Shown here in pieces: positions 10,863-20,046 of a stretch of 64,000 nt of DNA; position 1 is the stretch's first letter; every line of letters begins with the position of its first letter. Under the pieces are notes generated by a model. The model ran no database searches. It worked only from the letters and a program-made list of their open reading frames with translations, and was not told the origin of the DNA. The position numbers and the translations under genes were made by a program. This stretch comes from an uncultured virus (IMG/VR IMGVR_UViG_3300020385_000010) (lineage: Duplodnaviria > Heunggongvirae > Uroviricota > Caudoviricetes), in the IMG/VR virus record IMGVR_UViG_3300020385_000010. One strand, given 5' to 3'.

Positions 10863-13800
10863 ATGCCTTTATTTGGTAATTTAATGCGCACAGGGTTAAG
10901 TATGTTTAGTCCTGGTGGCGTAAAAAACATTGTAAGAAAAGGATTAGAACTTTGGTATAAAGGCGACAAAACACAGCCACCTTTAGGTGAAGAAAAAGTA
11001 ATTAATGGTAGGTTTTTGTTAGGGCCTGAAATAATTACTAACAGTGATTTTTCAACCTCTGGTAGTATTGATAATAACTCGCACACTTTAGGTTTCCAAA
11101 ATTCAGGTGGTATTACGGGTGGGGTTACTATAAGTAATAGTGAGTTAATTTTAGTAGGAGATACTGGGGCTCGAGAGGATTATGGTAGAGCTTTTATAAC
11201 AAACGGTGTAGATTCAACATCCGTTGTAACTAGTGGTAAAACATACAAATTTACATATACTGTATCCTCCGCCTCAGGAACTATTCAGTTTGGTTATCAT
11301 AATGGTGGTTGGAATGAGGGTAGTTTAAGCCACACTGTTGGGACTCATACCTACTACATTACTCAAGCATCTGGCACTACCTTTATAATAAAAAATAATG
11401 GTGATGGAGGTATTTTAAAGCTCAGTAGTATATCACTAAAACAAACAAACTATAACGACAACTGGAGTTTTAAAGATTCTAAATTTGTTTCTTTAAATAA
11501 TGGAGCGTTTAGAGTAGATAATACTACAGGGAACCAAAGCGGTGGGCCTTTTCAAAACATAGGTTTAGTTGTAGGTAGAGAATATCAAGTTTCTGCAACT
11601 TTAAAATTAATAAGTAGCACTTCAGAATCTAATGGTGCATATACTGTTTTTTCTTCTAGGAGTGCAGGAAATAATCAAGTATCAATATATACAGGTAGTT
11701 CTTTAGTAAATGGAGGAGATGCTGTTACAAAAACTTTTACTTTTACCCCTACAGAACCAAATAATGTATCTATTCAATTTTCTGTAGATGAAGCAGAAGC
11801 TGTTTTTGAAATAAGCAATGTTTCAGTTAAAGAAATATCAAACTCTATTCGAGACTACTCGCTAAAAGGTAATGATGGTGTTTTACATTCTGGTATAGCA
11901 TTATCTTTTTCAGGTGACGATTATATAGATATAGATTATTGGAAATCTAAAGCTATAAATTCTAACACTAAAGCAGCTTTTGCTGTTTGGTTTTATGCTG
12001 ATGATGTTTCTACGTCTGAGTTTATTTTTGGGGCAAACGCTGGTAGTGGAATTAACTTTTACCTTGGTGTACATAGTGGTAAATTAGAATTAGGATGGGG
12101 AAGCTCTGGCTGGACGAATGACGGTAATTCAATTGCTGTATCAAGTAACACTTGGTATAGAGCTGTAGTAGTGGTTGGTGGTTTAACTTGTAGAGTGTAT
12201 CTTAATGGCGAGCTAGCTTTTAGCAAAACAAATGGAGACACTCCTTTTACTTTGCATAGCTCTGGTATAAGTATTGGCTGTCAAGGTGATGGTGTTGGTG
12301 ACCATTACAACGGCAAACTAGCAGACTTCCAAATATATGACAAAGCTTGGACAGCTTCAGATGTTGCTTACGACTACAATAACCCTGACAAAGATGTGTT
12401 TGATGGTAGCAGTAATATCTCTCCAATAAACTGTACAGCTTTATATAGGTTAAATGAGGGTGCTGGAATATCAGTTGTAGATTCTAAACCTGTCTTAGGT
12501 AATATTGTAAATATTAATTCAGATTTTTCAACTCCAAGTAGTTTACTAACTGGTGGTGGGCATGAATCAGGATGGCTTAATGCTGGTGTTGCTTATGCAG
12601 GAACAGCTAATATAAGCAATGGTCAATTAACTTTAGCGGCAAGAGCTTCAGATTCAAAGATAGCTTTTGTATACGCTACTAATGGTTCTTCAACTAGTTT
12701 TTTAAATATAGGCTCTGTTTATCAGCTGTCTTACACTATAGATGAAATTGTTGGTAGTTTAGAAATGGATTTTTATAGCGATGAAGGTACTTGGAAAGAT
12801 TTAACTAGCGACCAAATGACTGTAGGTACTCATACTTTAATTTTTAGAGCTGCAGGTACAAACTTTGCTATAAGACAAAAAACATACGGCTCAATAGTTA
12901 AGCTTAGTAATATTGCTGTAAGAGAAATTCTACCTACTAGTATTTATAATGAAGATTTAAATGGCACGTCGTTAACACCTAGTGATGAGCTAGTAGCTAA
13001 CAATAGTTTTACTGCAGACTCAAATTGGTTTAAAGGAACAGGTTGGACTATATCGGGAAACAAGGCATTAGGCGCTGCTGGAAGTACGTCTGATTTAGTA
13101 ACGTTAGCTAACGTTGTAGAAAACCATACTTGGTATGATGTGTCTGTAGATGTACTTGCTGCAAGTGGTAGTGGTGCAGAATTATCTGCGTACATTAATC
13201 AAGGCCTTAACAGGGTTCAGTTTTATGCTAACGCTGCTGATGGCAACATTACTTCAAGCACTGTTATTTCATTTAAAGCTTACTCAAGGTGGGATGCAAA
13301 TCAAGCATCTTCTTCACAAGCTGGTGATTATAAGGATATAGTAATTCGTAAAAACAGCACAGCAGTATGTGAGATAGCATCAATATCTGTTAAAAAATCT
13401 GTATGGCAGTATACACAGCCATATATACCTCAATTTGCTGCTTCGTCTTACTCTAAAAAATTAATGTTTAATAAGTTAGATGAAAAAGTAGACTTAGGTA
13501 GTAATGTAACTTTTGCCGCAGATAATGAAGCTTTTACTTTATCTTTCTTTTATCAGCATACTAGCGACAATGTAGGTCAAGCTTATATTTTACAAAAAGA
13601 CACATCTAATTATATAGCCTTAAACGAACTTTCTAATAAAATTTATTGGAAACTTGGAGGTAATTTTATTGGTGATGATGCTGGTGATTATATTGACATA
13701 GATGATTTAGAAGATTTTAAAACGCATTATATAACTATAACAAGAGCTTCAGGAAATAATCCAGTTGTAAAAGTATATATAAACGGAACCTTACAAAAAA

Positions 13801-15167
13801 CTGTTAGCGCTAGCTCCAATCAAGATGGTGCTATAGAATATAGATATATTGGCCACAATCCTACTCACATTAATTTATCAGAAACATTTTTTATAGATGA
13901 AATAAGTACGTTTAACAAAGAGCTTTCTAGCAGTGAAGTTCAAGAGTTGTTTAATAGCGGACAAATTTTAGACGCTAGAGACCATAGTACTTTCTTAGGT
14001 AGTGAAATAGTTGATAAGGGAGATTTCACTGGTATCACACAAGCGGAGAGTACTAATGGTACGGATTGGACTACAAGTGTAGGGTGGACTATTAGTGGTG
14101 GTAAAGCTGCTGTAGATAATTCTTCAAGTACCCCTTTAACTCAAACGTCATTCGGGGTAATAAGTGGAAAAACATACAATGTAAGTTTTGAAATTAGTGA
14201 TTATGTTTCAGGAAGTTGTCAACTACAATTTGGGGGTAGTCAAGTAGTAATTAATAGAGCAGCAAATGGTGTTTATAACTCGACAGTTATTTCTTCAGTA
14301 ACAAACACTACCCTTTATGTGTATGGGTATGGTAATTGTGAATTAAAAATAGACAACATATCAGTAAAAGAAGTAAAGCTAAGCGGTTACTGGAGAAACA
14401 ACGGTTTACAAACTTGGTCTGATTTATCTCCTAATGTAAACGATGCTACAGTAACGCCTCACGCAGACTCTTTATGTTTATACTTGCAAGAATCTGTTGT
14501 AAAAGGAAAAGATGTATATGGCTTACCAATGAACAGAGTAAAAGAAAAAGGTTTACAAATAGATAGTCTTTCCTATATACATACAGGTAATACATTTCAA
14601 GATGTATATAGAAATAGTTTTACTATACAGATGTGGTTAAAGCCGCAAGATGGTAACCCATCAGGTCAGCAATATATTTATGGTGCAGAAGACGGTCAGT
14701 CTAGAGTTGCTATTTATTTAGGCACTAATGGCGATATTATATCGCAATTTCAAGCAGGTACATCTAGTTCGCTTGTTGAAACTAAACCATCTAGTAGCCC
14801 TTTTTCTAACGGCTTAAGCCCTTGGGTTCATGTAACATTTGTATATACAGAAGGCTCTAATACAGCAGTATATATAAACGGTGCATCTGTTGCTGTTAGT
14901 GACGCAACTCCACCAGAATCTAGCTTTAACGCTATTACATTTGCAGATGCAACCTTAATAGGTAGCATAAGCTATAATGGTGCTGATATATACGGACACA
15001 CTGCTCTTTCTACATCAACAAATCAATATGAAGGTAAGGTGGATGAAGTTAAATTATATTCTATTGCTTTAACTTCTGTACAAGTAAAACAAAATTATGA
15101 TGCAGAAAAAATAAATCACAGCAATACAAGTGTATGGTCTGACGATTTTGATTCAAGCTTTATATAA
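10863..15167 (+). CDS. LamG/concanavalin-A-like lectin multi-domain tail or receptor-binding protein
   Basis: Three LamG-like segments (e.g. WYRAVVV...VYLNG...GKLADFQIYDKAW; GKVDEVKLYSIALT) interleaved with jelly-roll modules ending in SNVSVKE-like motifs. Confidence 0.8.
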   Translation: MPLFGNLMRTGLSMFSPGGVKNIVRKGLELWYKGDKTQPPLGEEKVINGRFLLGPEIITNSDFSTSGSIDNNSHTLGFQNSGGITGGVTISNSELILVGDTGAREDYGRAFITNGVDSTSVVTSGKTYKFTYTVSSASGTIQFGYHNGGWNEGSLSHTVGTHTYYITQASGTTFIIKNNGDGGILKLSSISLKQTNYNDNWSFKDSKFVSLNNGAFRVDNTTGNQSGGPFQNIGLVVGREYQVSATLKLISSTSESNGAYTVFSSRSAGNNQVSIYTGSSLVNGGDAVTKTFTFTPTEPNNVSIQFSVDEAEAVFEISNVSVKEISNSIRDYSLKGNDGVLHSGIALSFSGDDYIDIDYWKSKAINSNTKAAFAVWFYADDVSTSEFIFGANAGSGINFYLGVHSGKLELGWGSSGWTNDGNSIAVSSNTWYRAVVVVGGLTCRVYLNGELAFSKTNGDTPFTLHSSGISIGCQGDGVGDHYNGKLADFQIYDKAWTASDVAYDYNNPDKDVFDGSSNISPINCTALYRLNEGAGISVVDSKPVLGNIVNINSDFSTPSSLLTGGGHESGWLNAGVAYAGTANISNGQLTLAARASDSKIAFVYATNGSSTSFLNIGSVYQLSYTIDEIVGSLEMDFYSDEGTWKDLTSDQMTVGTHTLIFRAAGTNFAIRQKTYGSIVKLSNIAVREILPTSIYNEDLNGTSLTPSDELVANNSFTADSNWFKGTGWTISGNKALGAAGSTSDLVTLANVVENHTWYDVSVDVLAASGSGAELSAYINQGLNRVQFYANAADGNITSSTVISFKAYSRWDANQASSSQAGDYKDIVIRKNSTAVCEIASISVKKSVWQYTQPYIPQFAASSYSKKLMFNKLDEKVDLGSNVTFAADNEAFTLSFFYQHTSDNVGQAYILQKDTSNYIALNELSNKIYWKLGGNFIGDDAGDYIDIDDLEDFKTHYITITRASGNNPVVKVYINGTLQKTVSASSNQDGAIEYRYIGHNPTHINLSETFFIDEISTFNKELSSSEVQELFNSGQILDARDHSTFLGSEIVDKGDFTGITQAESTNGTDWTTSVGWTISGGKAAVDNSSSTPLTQTSFGVISGKTYNVSFEISDYVSGSCQLQFGGSQVVINRAANGVYNSTVISSVTNTTLYVYGYGNCELKIDNISVKEVKLSGYWRNNGLQTWSDLSPNVNDATVTPHADSLCLYLQESVVKGKDVYGLPMNRVKEKGLQIDSLSYIHTGNTFQDVYRNSFTIQMWLKPQDGNPSGQQYIYGAEDGQSRVAIYLGTNGDIISQFQAGTSSSLVETKPSSSPFSNGLSPWVHVTFVYTEGSNTAVYINGASVAVSDATPPESSFNAITFADATLIGSISYNGADIYGHTALSTSTNQYEGKVDEVKLYSIALTSVQVKQNYDAEKINHSNTSVWSDDFDSSFI

Positions 15168-15190
15168 ACATAAATAAATAAACAAATAAA

Positions 15191-15526
15191 ATGGCTAAAG
15201 GAGATTACACGAATTCAGATACTAGAAATAAGTATAAAAATTTAGTTAAAGAACAAAGTTTAACTAAAGTTACTGTTGCTTCTACTGAAAAAAGAGATAG
15301 AGCAGAGCTTTTAGATATGGTAGAAGAACTTTTTTACAATGGAAATCAAAATATTACAGCAGAAAAGTTAAGAGCTTTTTGTCATATTTTAATTAAATCA
15401 GTTCAAAATAGTTCTGATGACGCTATAACCTTAGATGCAAATACTGTTGCTGGTGGCTTACCTACTTCACGCCCTATTACTCGTGGTTTATTATGGAGCG
15501 ATAGAGGTACAGTTAAAGTTTCGTAA
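15191..15526 (+). CDS. Hypothetical virion/tail-associated protein
   Basis: 111 aa; C-terminal LPTSRP..GLLWSDRGTVKVS resembles phage fibre ends. Confidence 0.5.
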   Translation: MAKGDYTNSDTRNKYKNLVKEQSLTKVTVASTEKRDRAELLDMVEELFYNGNQNITAEKLRAFCHILIKSVQNSSDDAITLDANTVAGGLPTSRPITRGLLWSDRGTVKVS

Positions 15527-17112
15527 TGTCAGAGAAAATAGATATACAGATTGTCAATGAGCAGCCTACTTTATCCTTTAAAGATAGCAGTGTTGTTTTG
15601 TCATTAGAAGACTCTAGTAGTCCTTCTTTGGCTTTTACAAACTCTTCTGTTAACTTATCTATCGGAAACTCTATAGCACCTTCATTAGCATTAAATGGTG
15701 GCGCTACATCTATTAATCTGAGCGTTGGAAATTCTAGTAATGAAATTCAGTTAGTAGCTACTGGTACTCCAGGTCCTAAAGGTGCTGATGGAAGTGGTAG
15801 CGGAGGTGGCAGCTTAAACACAGAGGACGTACAAGACTTAGTTGGAGCTATGTTTACAGGAAATACTGAAACAAGAATATCTGTTGAGTATAAAGATGAA
15901 GACGGTACTATAGACCTTGTTGTAGATGATATGACTACTAATACTATTCCAGATGCTACTAATGTAGCTGCAGCAGGTGCTTTAATGAATTCTGAAGTAA
16001 CAAATTTAGCACAAGTAAAATCTTTTTCTTCTGCTAATTACGCTACTGCAGCACAAGGAGCTAAAGCAGATTCAGCACAGCAACCACCAAGTGAAGGTGT
16101 GTTTGAAAATGGAGATAAAAATAAATTAGATGGTATAGAGACAGGTGCAGAAGTTAATGTACAGAGTGATTGGAGTTCCTCAAGTGGAGACAACCAAATA
16201 CTTAATAAACCTGCTATACCTGTAGATTTAGATGATTTATCTGATGTAGATTTTAGTACTTCTTCACCTCAAGTTGACCAAGTCTTAATGTTTAATGGAA
16301 TTAAATTTGTAGCAGCAGACGAGGGAAGCACATTTGCTTTTGTTTGGAATAGTGTAGAGTATAACAATAACGCTAATGACATAACAGACACAACTACAGC
16401 TGGAAATATAGCTGATACTATATTAATTGGAAGTGGAAATCATATTACCAGTAGCTCAGTAACTTTAAATTTTCAAAATGCTGTAAGCTCAAAATTTACT
16501 TCTGGAGTGAATGGTTCTGACAACTTAGGGCTTTCAACACAAGCCTGGAGCGGAAGTATGACTAGTAGAGCTAATTTATCGTTTGACCAATCAAATCAAA
16601 GAGCGACAGCAAGCACAGGAACTATAAACCTACCTTTTCCTAGTAACTTAAGCAGTACTTCTTACAACAGAATTAAAGTAAGGTTTCAATATGATGGTAG
16701 CAATAAAAGCAATCAACTAAGTTATTCGTACAAAAATTACATGTACCTTGGAAAACATACTGACGACTCTCCAACAAATAGTGAGCTACAAAGTTTTCAA
16801 AAAAAATCTTTTATAGACAACGGTACGTCTAATACAGAAGATATATCAGCATTTGGTATTACTCTAAACGGCACAAGTCAACATCTTCAATTCTGGTACC
16901 CAGCTAGAATAACAAATAATACACCTTCGTTTCTGGTGGGGGAATCCTCTACGTCTTTAAGTGGGGAACCTTGGACCGTTATAGATAGTGGTAATACTAT
17001 TTCTCATATAAACTCAGCTGGTTTTACAGAACCATATAAAGGATGGAAAAGTCCAAACCCTTTAAGTAATTCAGGGGGAGTAAGCACTTGGTACGTACAA
17101 GTAATTTTTTAA
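15526..17112 (+). CDS. Tail fibre-like protein
   Basis: Short collagen-like GTPGPKG; EDVQDLVGAM, KLDGIETGAEVNVQSDW and LDDLSDVD fibre motifs. Confidence 0.7.
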   Translation: MSEKIDIQIVNEQPTLSFKDSSVVLSLEDSSSPSLAFTNSSVNLSIGNSIAPSLALNGGATSINLSVGNSSNEIQLVATGTPGPKGADGSGSGGGSLNTEDVQDLVGAMFTGNTETRISVEYKDEDGTIDLVVDDMTTNTIPDATNVAAAGALMNSEVTNLAQVKSFSSANYATAAQGAKADSAQQPPSEGVFENGDKNKLDGIETGAEVNVQSDWSSSSGDNQILNKPAIPVDLDDLSDVDFSTSSPQVDQVLMFNGIKFVAADEGSTFAFVWNSVEYNNNANDITDTTTAGNIADTILIGSGNHITSSSVTLNFQNAVSSKFTSGVNGSDNLGLSTQAWSGSMTSRANLSFDQSNQRATASTGTINLPFPSNLSSTSYNRIKVRFQYDGSNKSNQLSYSYKNYMYLGKHTDDSPTNSELQSFQKKSFIDNGTSNTEDISAFGITLNGTSQHLQFWYPARITNNTPSFLVGESSTSLSGEPWTVIDSGNTISHINSAGFTEPYKGWKSPNPLSNSGGVSTWYVQVIF

Positions 17113-17115
17113 TAT

Positions 17116-18009
17116 ATGCCTAAATTAAGTAGTGTAATAGAACAAGTATCTGGTGACTTTAAAATGGTTAAAGGTCAGGACGTTGATATTAATTCAGCTG
17201 AAGACTTTAATGATAACATAGTTGATGCAGATACAATATTAGTTGATGATGGAGACCTTGGAAGTAAATCTTCAACTAAGAAATCTACTATGAGTAGACT
17301 TTGGACTTACATCTTAGGAAAAATAACTTCTGTGTTTCTTGTAGATGAAGACAACATGTCTTCTAATTCTGACGTTAAGTTTCCAACACAACAGTCCGTA
17401 AAAGCATATGTTGACTCTAAACCTGACCTAACAGTAAATGGTGCAGGAACTATAGACGCTAATAATGTACCTACGTTGAATCAAGATACTACAGGTAATG
17501 CTGCAACAGCAGACGCTTTAACATCTGGTAGTAAAGTTATAACAGGAGGTTTATCTGTAACAACAGAGTTTTCTTCACCTAGAAGAAAATTTGTTAGAAC
17601 AGCTTCTGCAACTCATTTCGATGTTCAAGGAGATGTACTTTATTTTGGAAGTGGAAGTACAACTCAAGGAGACCTTTGCTACCTAAAAGAAGATGGGTCT
17701 TGGGGTCAAGCAGACGCTGATGGTGCAGCGGTAGGGGATGATGCAGATAGAGATGCAATGGGAATGCTAGCTATAGCTTTAGGAACAGACCCAGATATAA
17801 ATGGTATGCTAATTAAAGGTATAATTACTATGGCTTCAGATATGGGTGACGTAGGTAATCCTATTTATATTAAAACTACTGCTGGGGGTATGTCTCATGT
17901 TGCACCAGGTGCAAGTGGTGATTTTGTAAGGGTGGTTGGTTATTGCTTAGATGATAACAATGGTATAATGTATTTTAATCCTGATAATACTTGGGTAGAA
18001 ATAGCTTAA
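17116..18009 (+). CDS. Tail fibre or decoration protein
   Basis: DEDNMSSNSD.KFPTQQSVKAYVD and LNQDTTGNAATA fibre motifs; C-terminal cement-like domain. Confidence 0.65.
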   Translation: MPKLSSVIEQVSGDFKMVKGQDVDINSAEDFNDNIVDADTILVDDGDLGSKSSTKKSTMSRLWTYILGKITSVFLVDEDNMSSNSDVKFPTQQSVKAYVDSKPDLTVNGAGTIDANNVPTLNQDTTGNAATADALTSGSKVITGGLSVTTEFSSPRRKFVRTASATHFDVQGDVLYFGSGSTTQGDLCYLKEDGSWGQADADGAAVGDDADRDAMGMLAIALGTDPDINGMLIKGIITMASDMGDVGNPIYIKTTAGGMSHVAPGASGDFVRVVGYCLDDNNGIMYFNPDNTWVEIA

Positions 18010-18010
18010 C

Positions 18011-18571
18011 ATGGCATATAAAGACGAAACATTAGTATTTGAAAGTGATAAAGTTTATTACTCTATAGCAGGGGAAACTTTTGAGGTAATGATGGATTGG
18101 GAGTCTTCTATAATGGAGGCTTCTGCTAATTATGTATGCTCTAATGGAGGAGATATATTAGAAATAGGATTTGGTATGGGTATATCTGCGGATTATATTC
18201 AAGCTAATTCTATCAACTCTCATACTATTGTGGAATGTCATCCACAAGTATTAGAGAAAGCTAAAGATTGGGCTTTAGACAAACCTAACGTAACTATAGT
18301 AGAAGGTGAATGGTTTAATATAAAAAACTCTTTATCAACTTATGATGGAGTTTTTTATGATACATTTGGTGAGGAAGACTGGAGTTTATTTGGGAGTAAT
18401 ATAAAGTCGTTAGTTAAATCTAAAGCTAAAGTAACTTGGTGGAATAACAATCCTAGTGCAACTACGATTCATAATATTAGTGGAGTTGAGTATGAAATTA
18501 TAGATGTAAAACCTACGTCTAACAATTACTTTAATTCAAATAAATACTATTTACCTAAAAAAGAATATTAA
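18011..18571 (+). CDS. Class I SAM-dependent methyltransferase, GAMT/Rmt2-like
   Basis: VMMDWESSIM, motif I ILEIGFGMGIS, HTIVECHP and YDGVFYDTF. Confidence 0.8.
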   Translation: MAYKDETLVFESDKVYYSIAGETFEVMMDWESSIMEASANYVCSNGGDILEIGFGMGISADYIQANSINSHTIVECHPQVLEKAKDWALDKPNVTIVEGEWFNIKNSLSTYDGVFYDTFGEEDWSLFGSNIKSLVKSKAKVTWWNNNPSATTIHNISGVEYEIIDVKPTSNNYFNSNKYYLPKKEY

Positions 18572-19257
18572 TGCCTACTATATACGCAGCTACAACAGAT
18601 GGAGTTATTAACTCAGGTATTCAAAGTTCTTGGAGCAATGCTAGAGGTGCGACAACAGGTACTGTAAGTAATCCTAATGCAACTTTTATGTTTACAGCTT
18701 TAGGGGCGTCTATATTTTCAGGTAGAGGGGCAGTCACTTATAAAGTCTGGAGAAGTTTTTTTGATTTTGACACTTCTGCGATAACAAGCGCAATATCTTC
18801 AGCGACTTTAAAGTTATATTTTTCAAACAATGTAGGTAATGGTAATGCAATTGTTGTTCATAGTACCGCATTTACTGGTAGTAGTGGTACATTAGCTGCA
18901 GGCGATTTTAAAAATTTAGATTTTAACACTCCGTATTCAGGACAAATAGATACTTCGTCAACAGGATTAACTAGTATCACACTTAATGCTGCAGCGTTAT
19001 CATACATGCAGAATAACGATAAACTTAAAATTGCTGTAATAAACTATAAGTATGATTATGATAACCAATCACCTGCAAGTACAACTGGGCACCATGTAGG
19101 ATTAAGATATGCTAATTACACTGGGACAAGCTCAGACCCTCAAATAGATTATACAACATCTAGTTACGGTAATACAGTAGTAGGTGCGCCTGGTGGTGCT
19201 ATAAATAGAGTAAATGGAATATTAACATCAAGTATTAGTAAAGTAAACGGAATTTAA
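18571..19257 (+). CDS. Virion structural protein with a DNRLRE-like beta-sandwich domain
   Basis: RSFFDFDTSAI...ISSATLKLY...DPQI pattern; Ser/Thr/Gly-rich. Confidence 0.5.
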   Translation: MPTIYAATTDGVINSGIQSSWSNARGATTGTVSNPNATFMFTALGASIFSGRGAVTYKVWRSFFDFDTSAITSAISSATLKLYFSNNVGNGNAIVVHSTAFTGSSGTLAAGDFKNLDFNTPYSGQIDTSSTGLTSITLNAAALSYMQNNDKLKIAVINYKYDYDNQSPASTTGHHVGLRYANYTGTSSDPQIDYTTSSYGNTVVGAPGGAINRVNGILTSSISKVNGI

Positions 19258-19267
19258 ACATTATATA

Positions 19268-19684
19268 ATGGCAACTACAATTTACACAGACATAGCAAAG
19301 AACGTAGACATTGTTTCTCGAAAGAGTGATTCATTTGTTCTTAAGCTAACCATTACAGACTCAGCTAATGCTGCGTTTAATTTAACTAGCTATACAGCTA
19401 AGTTTTATATTAAAGACTCTAGCAATACAATTGTAGCTGGTGCTCAAACAGGTACTACATCTAACGATAAAATACAAGACGACGATACTCCTATACATGG
19501 TATTTCTGTAGATGGAAGTACAGGAGCTTTAGACACAACAGGAATATTGTACGTGACTATACAATCAGGTTTGATGGGTATAGACAAGGGTACATATAAA
19601 TATGATTTAGAGCTTACAAGTAGTAGCTCAATAGTAACAACATGGATGTATGGTAAAATTAAAATTGTAGAAGATGTATCTTAG
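19268..19684 (+). CDS. Ig-like (BppU-type) tail adaptor protein
   Basis: DSFVLKLTITD..FNLTSYTA...GTYKYDLEL...GKIKIVEDVS. Confidence 0.6.
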   Translation: MATTIYTDIAKNVDIVSRKSDSFVLKLTITDSANAAFNLTSYTAKFYIKDSSNTIVAGAQTGTTSNDKIQDDDTPIHGISVDGSTGALDTTGILYVTIQSGLMGIDKGTYKYDLELTSSSSIVTTWMYGKIKIVEDVS

Positions 19685-19823
19685 CGAAGACAAAAATTCA
19701 GAAGAAAAGAATAAAGAAATTGCAAGACAACAATGGGAGTCTTGGATTGTAGATTTAGAAGAACAAGAACAGCCAGATGCTTGCGGTATAGATGATGACG
19801 ACTGCGAAGCTTGTGGTTCATAA
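19674..19823 (+). CDS. 49-aa acidic micro-protein ending ACGIDDDDCEACGS (not in the ORF track)
   Basis: Hand translation MYLSEDKNSEEKNKEIARQQWESWIVDLEEQEQPDACGIDDDDCEACGS; it fills the gap between neighbouring genes. Confidence 0.7.
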   Translation: MYLSEDKNSEEKNKEIARQQWESWIVDLEEQEQPDACGIDDDDCEACGS

Positions 19824-19833
19824 ATAGTAAGTA

Positions 19834-20046
19834 ATGAAAATATTTAAAGACGATAATAATTGGAACGAAAAAGCTATAGTAGGTTTTATAGCTTTTGCAG
19901 TTATGTGTATGATTATGATTGCTGACCTTGTTACAGGCTGGGTAGGTACAGATTTAGTAATTAACGAGTTTGTTTATGACTCTTTTGTTTGGGTTGTTCT
20001 AGGGTGCTTTGGCATTTCTGGCGTAGAAAAATTTGCTAAGAAATGA
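19834..20046 (+). CDS. Small two-TM membrane protein (holin-like)
   Basis: Two hydrophobic stretches and a basic C-terminus (EKFAKK). Confidence 0.55.
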   Translation: MKIFKDDNNWNEKAIVGFIAFAVMCMIMIADLVTGWVGTDLVINEFVYDSFVWVVLGCFGISGVEKFAKK

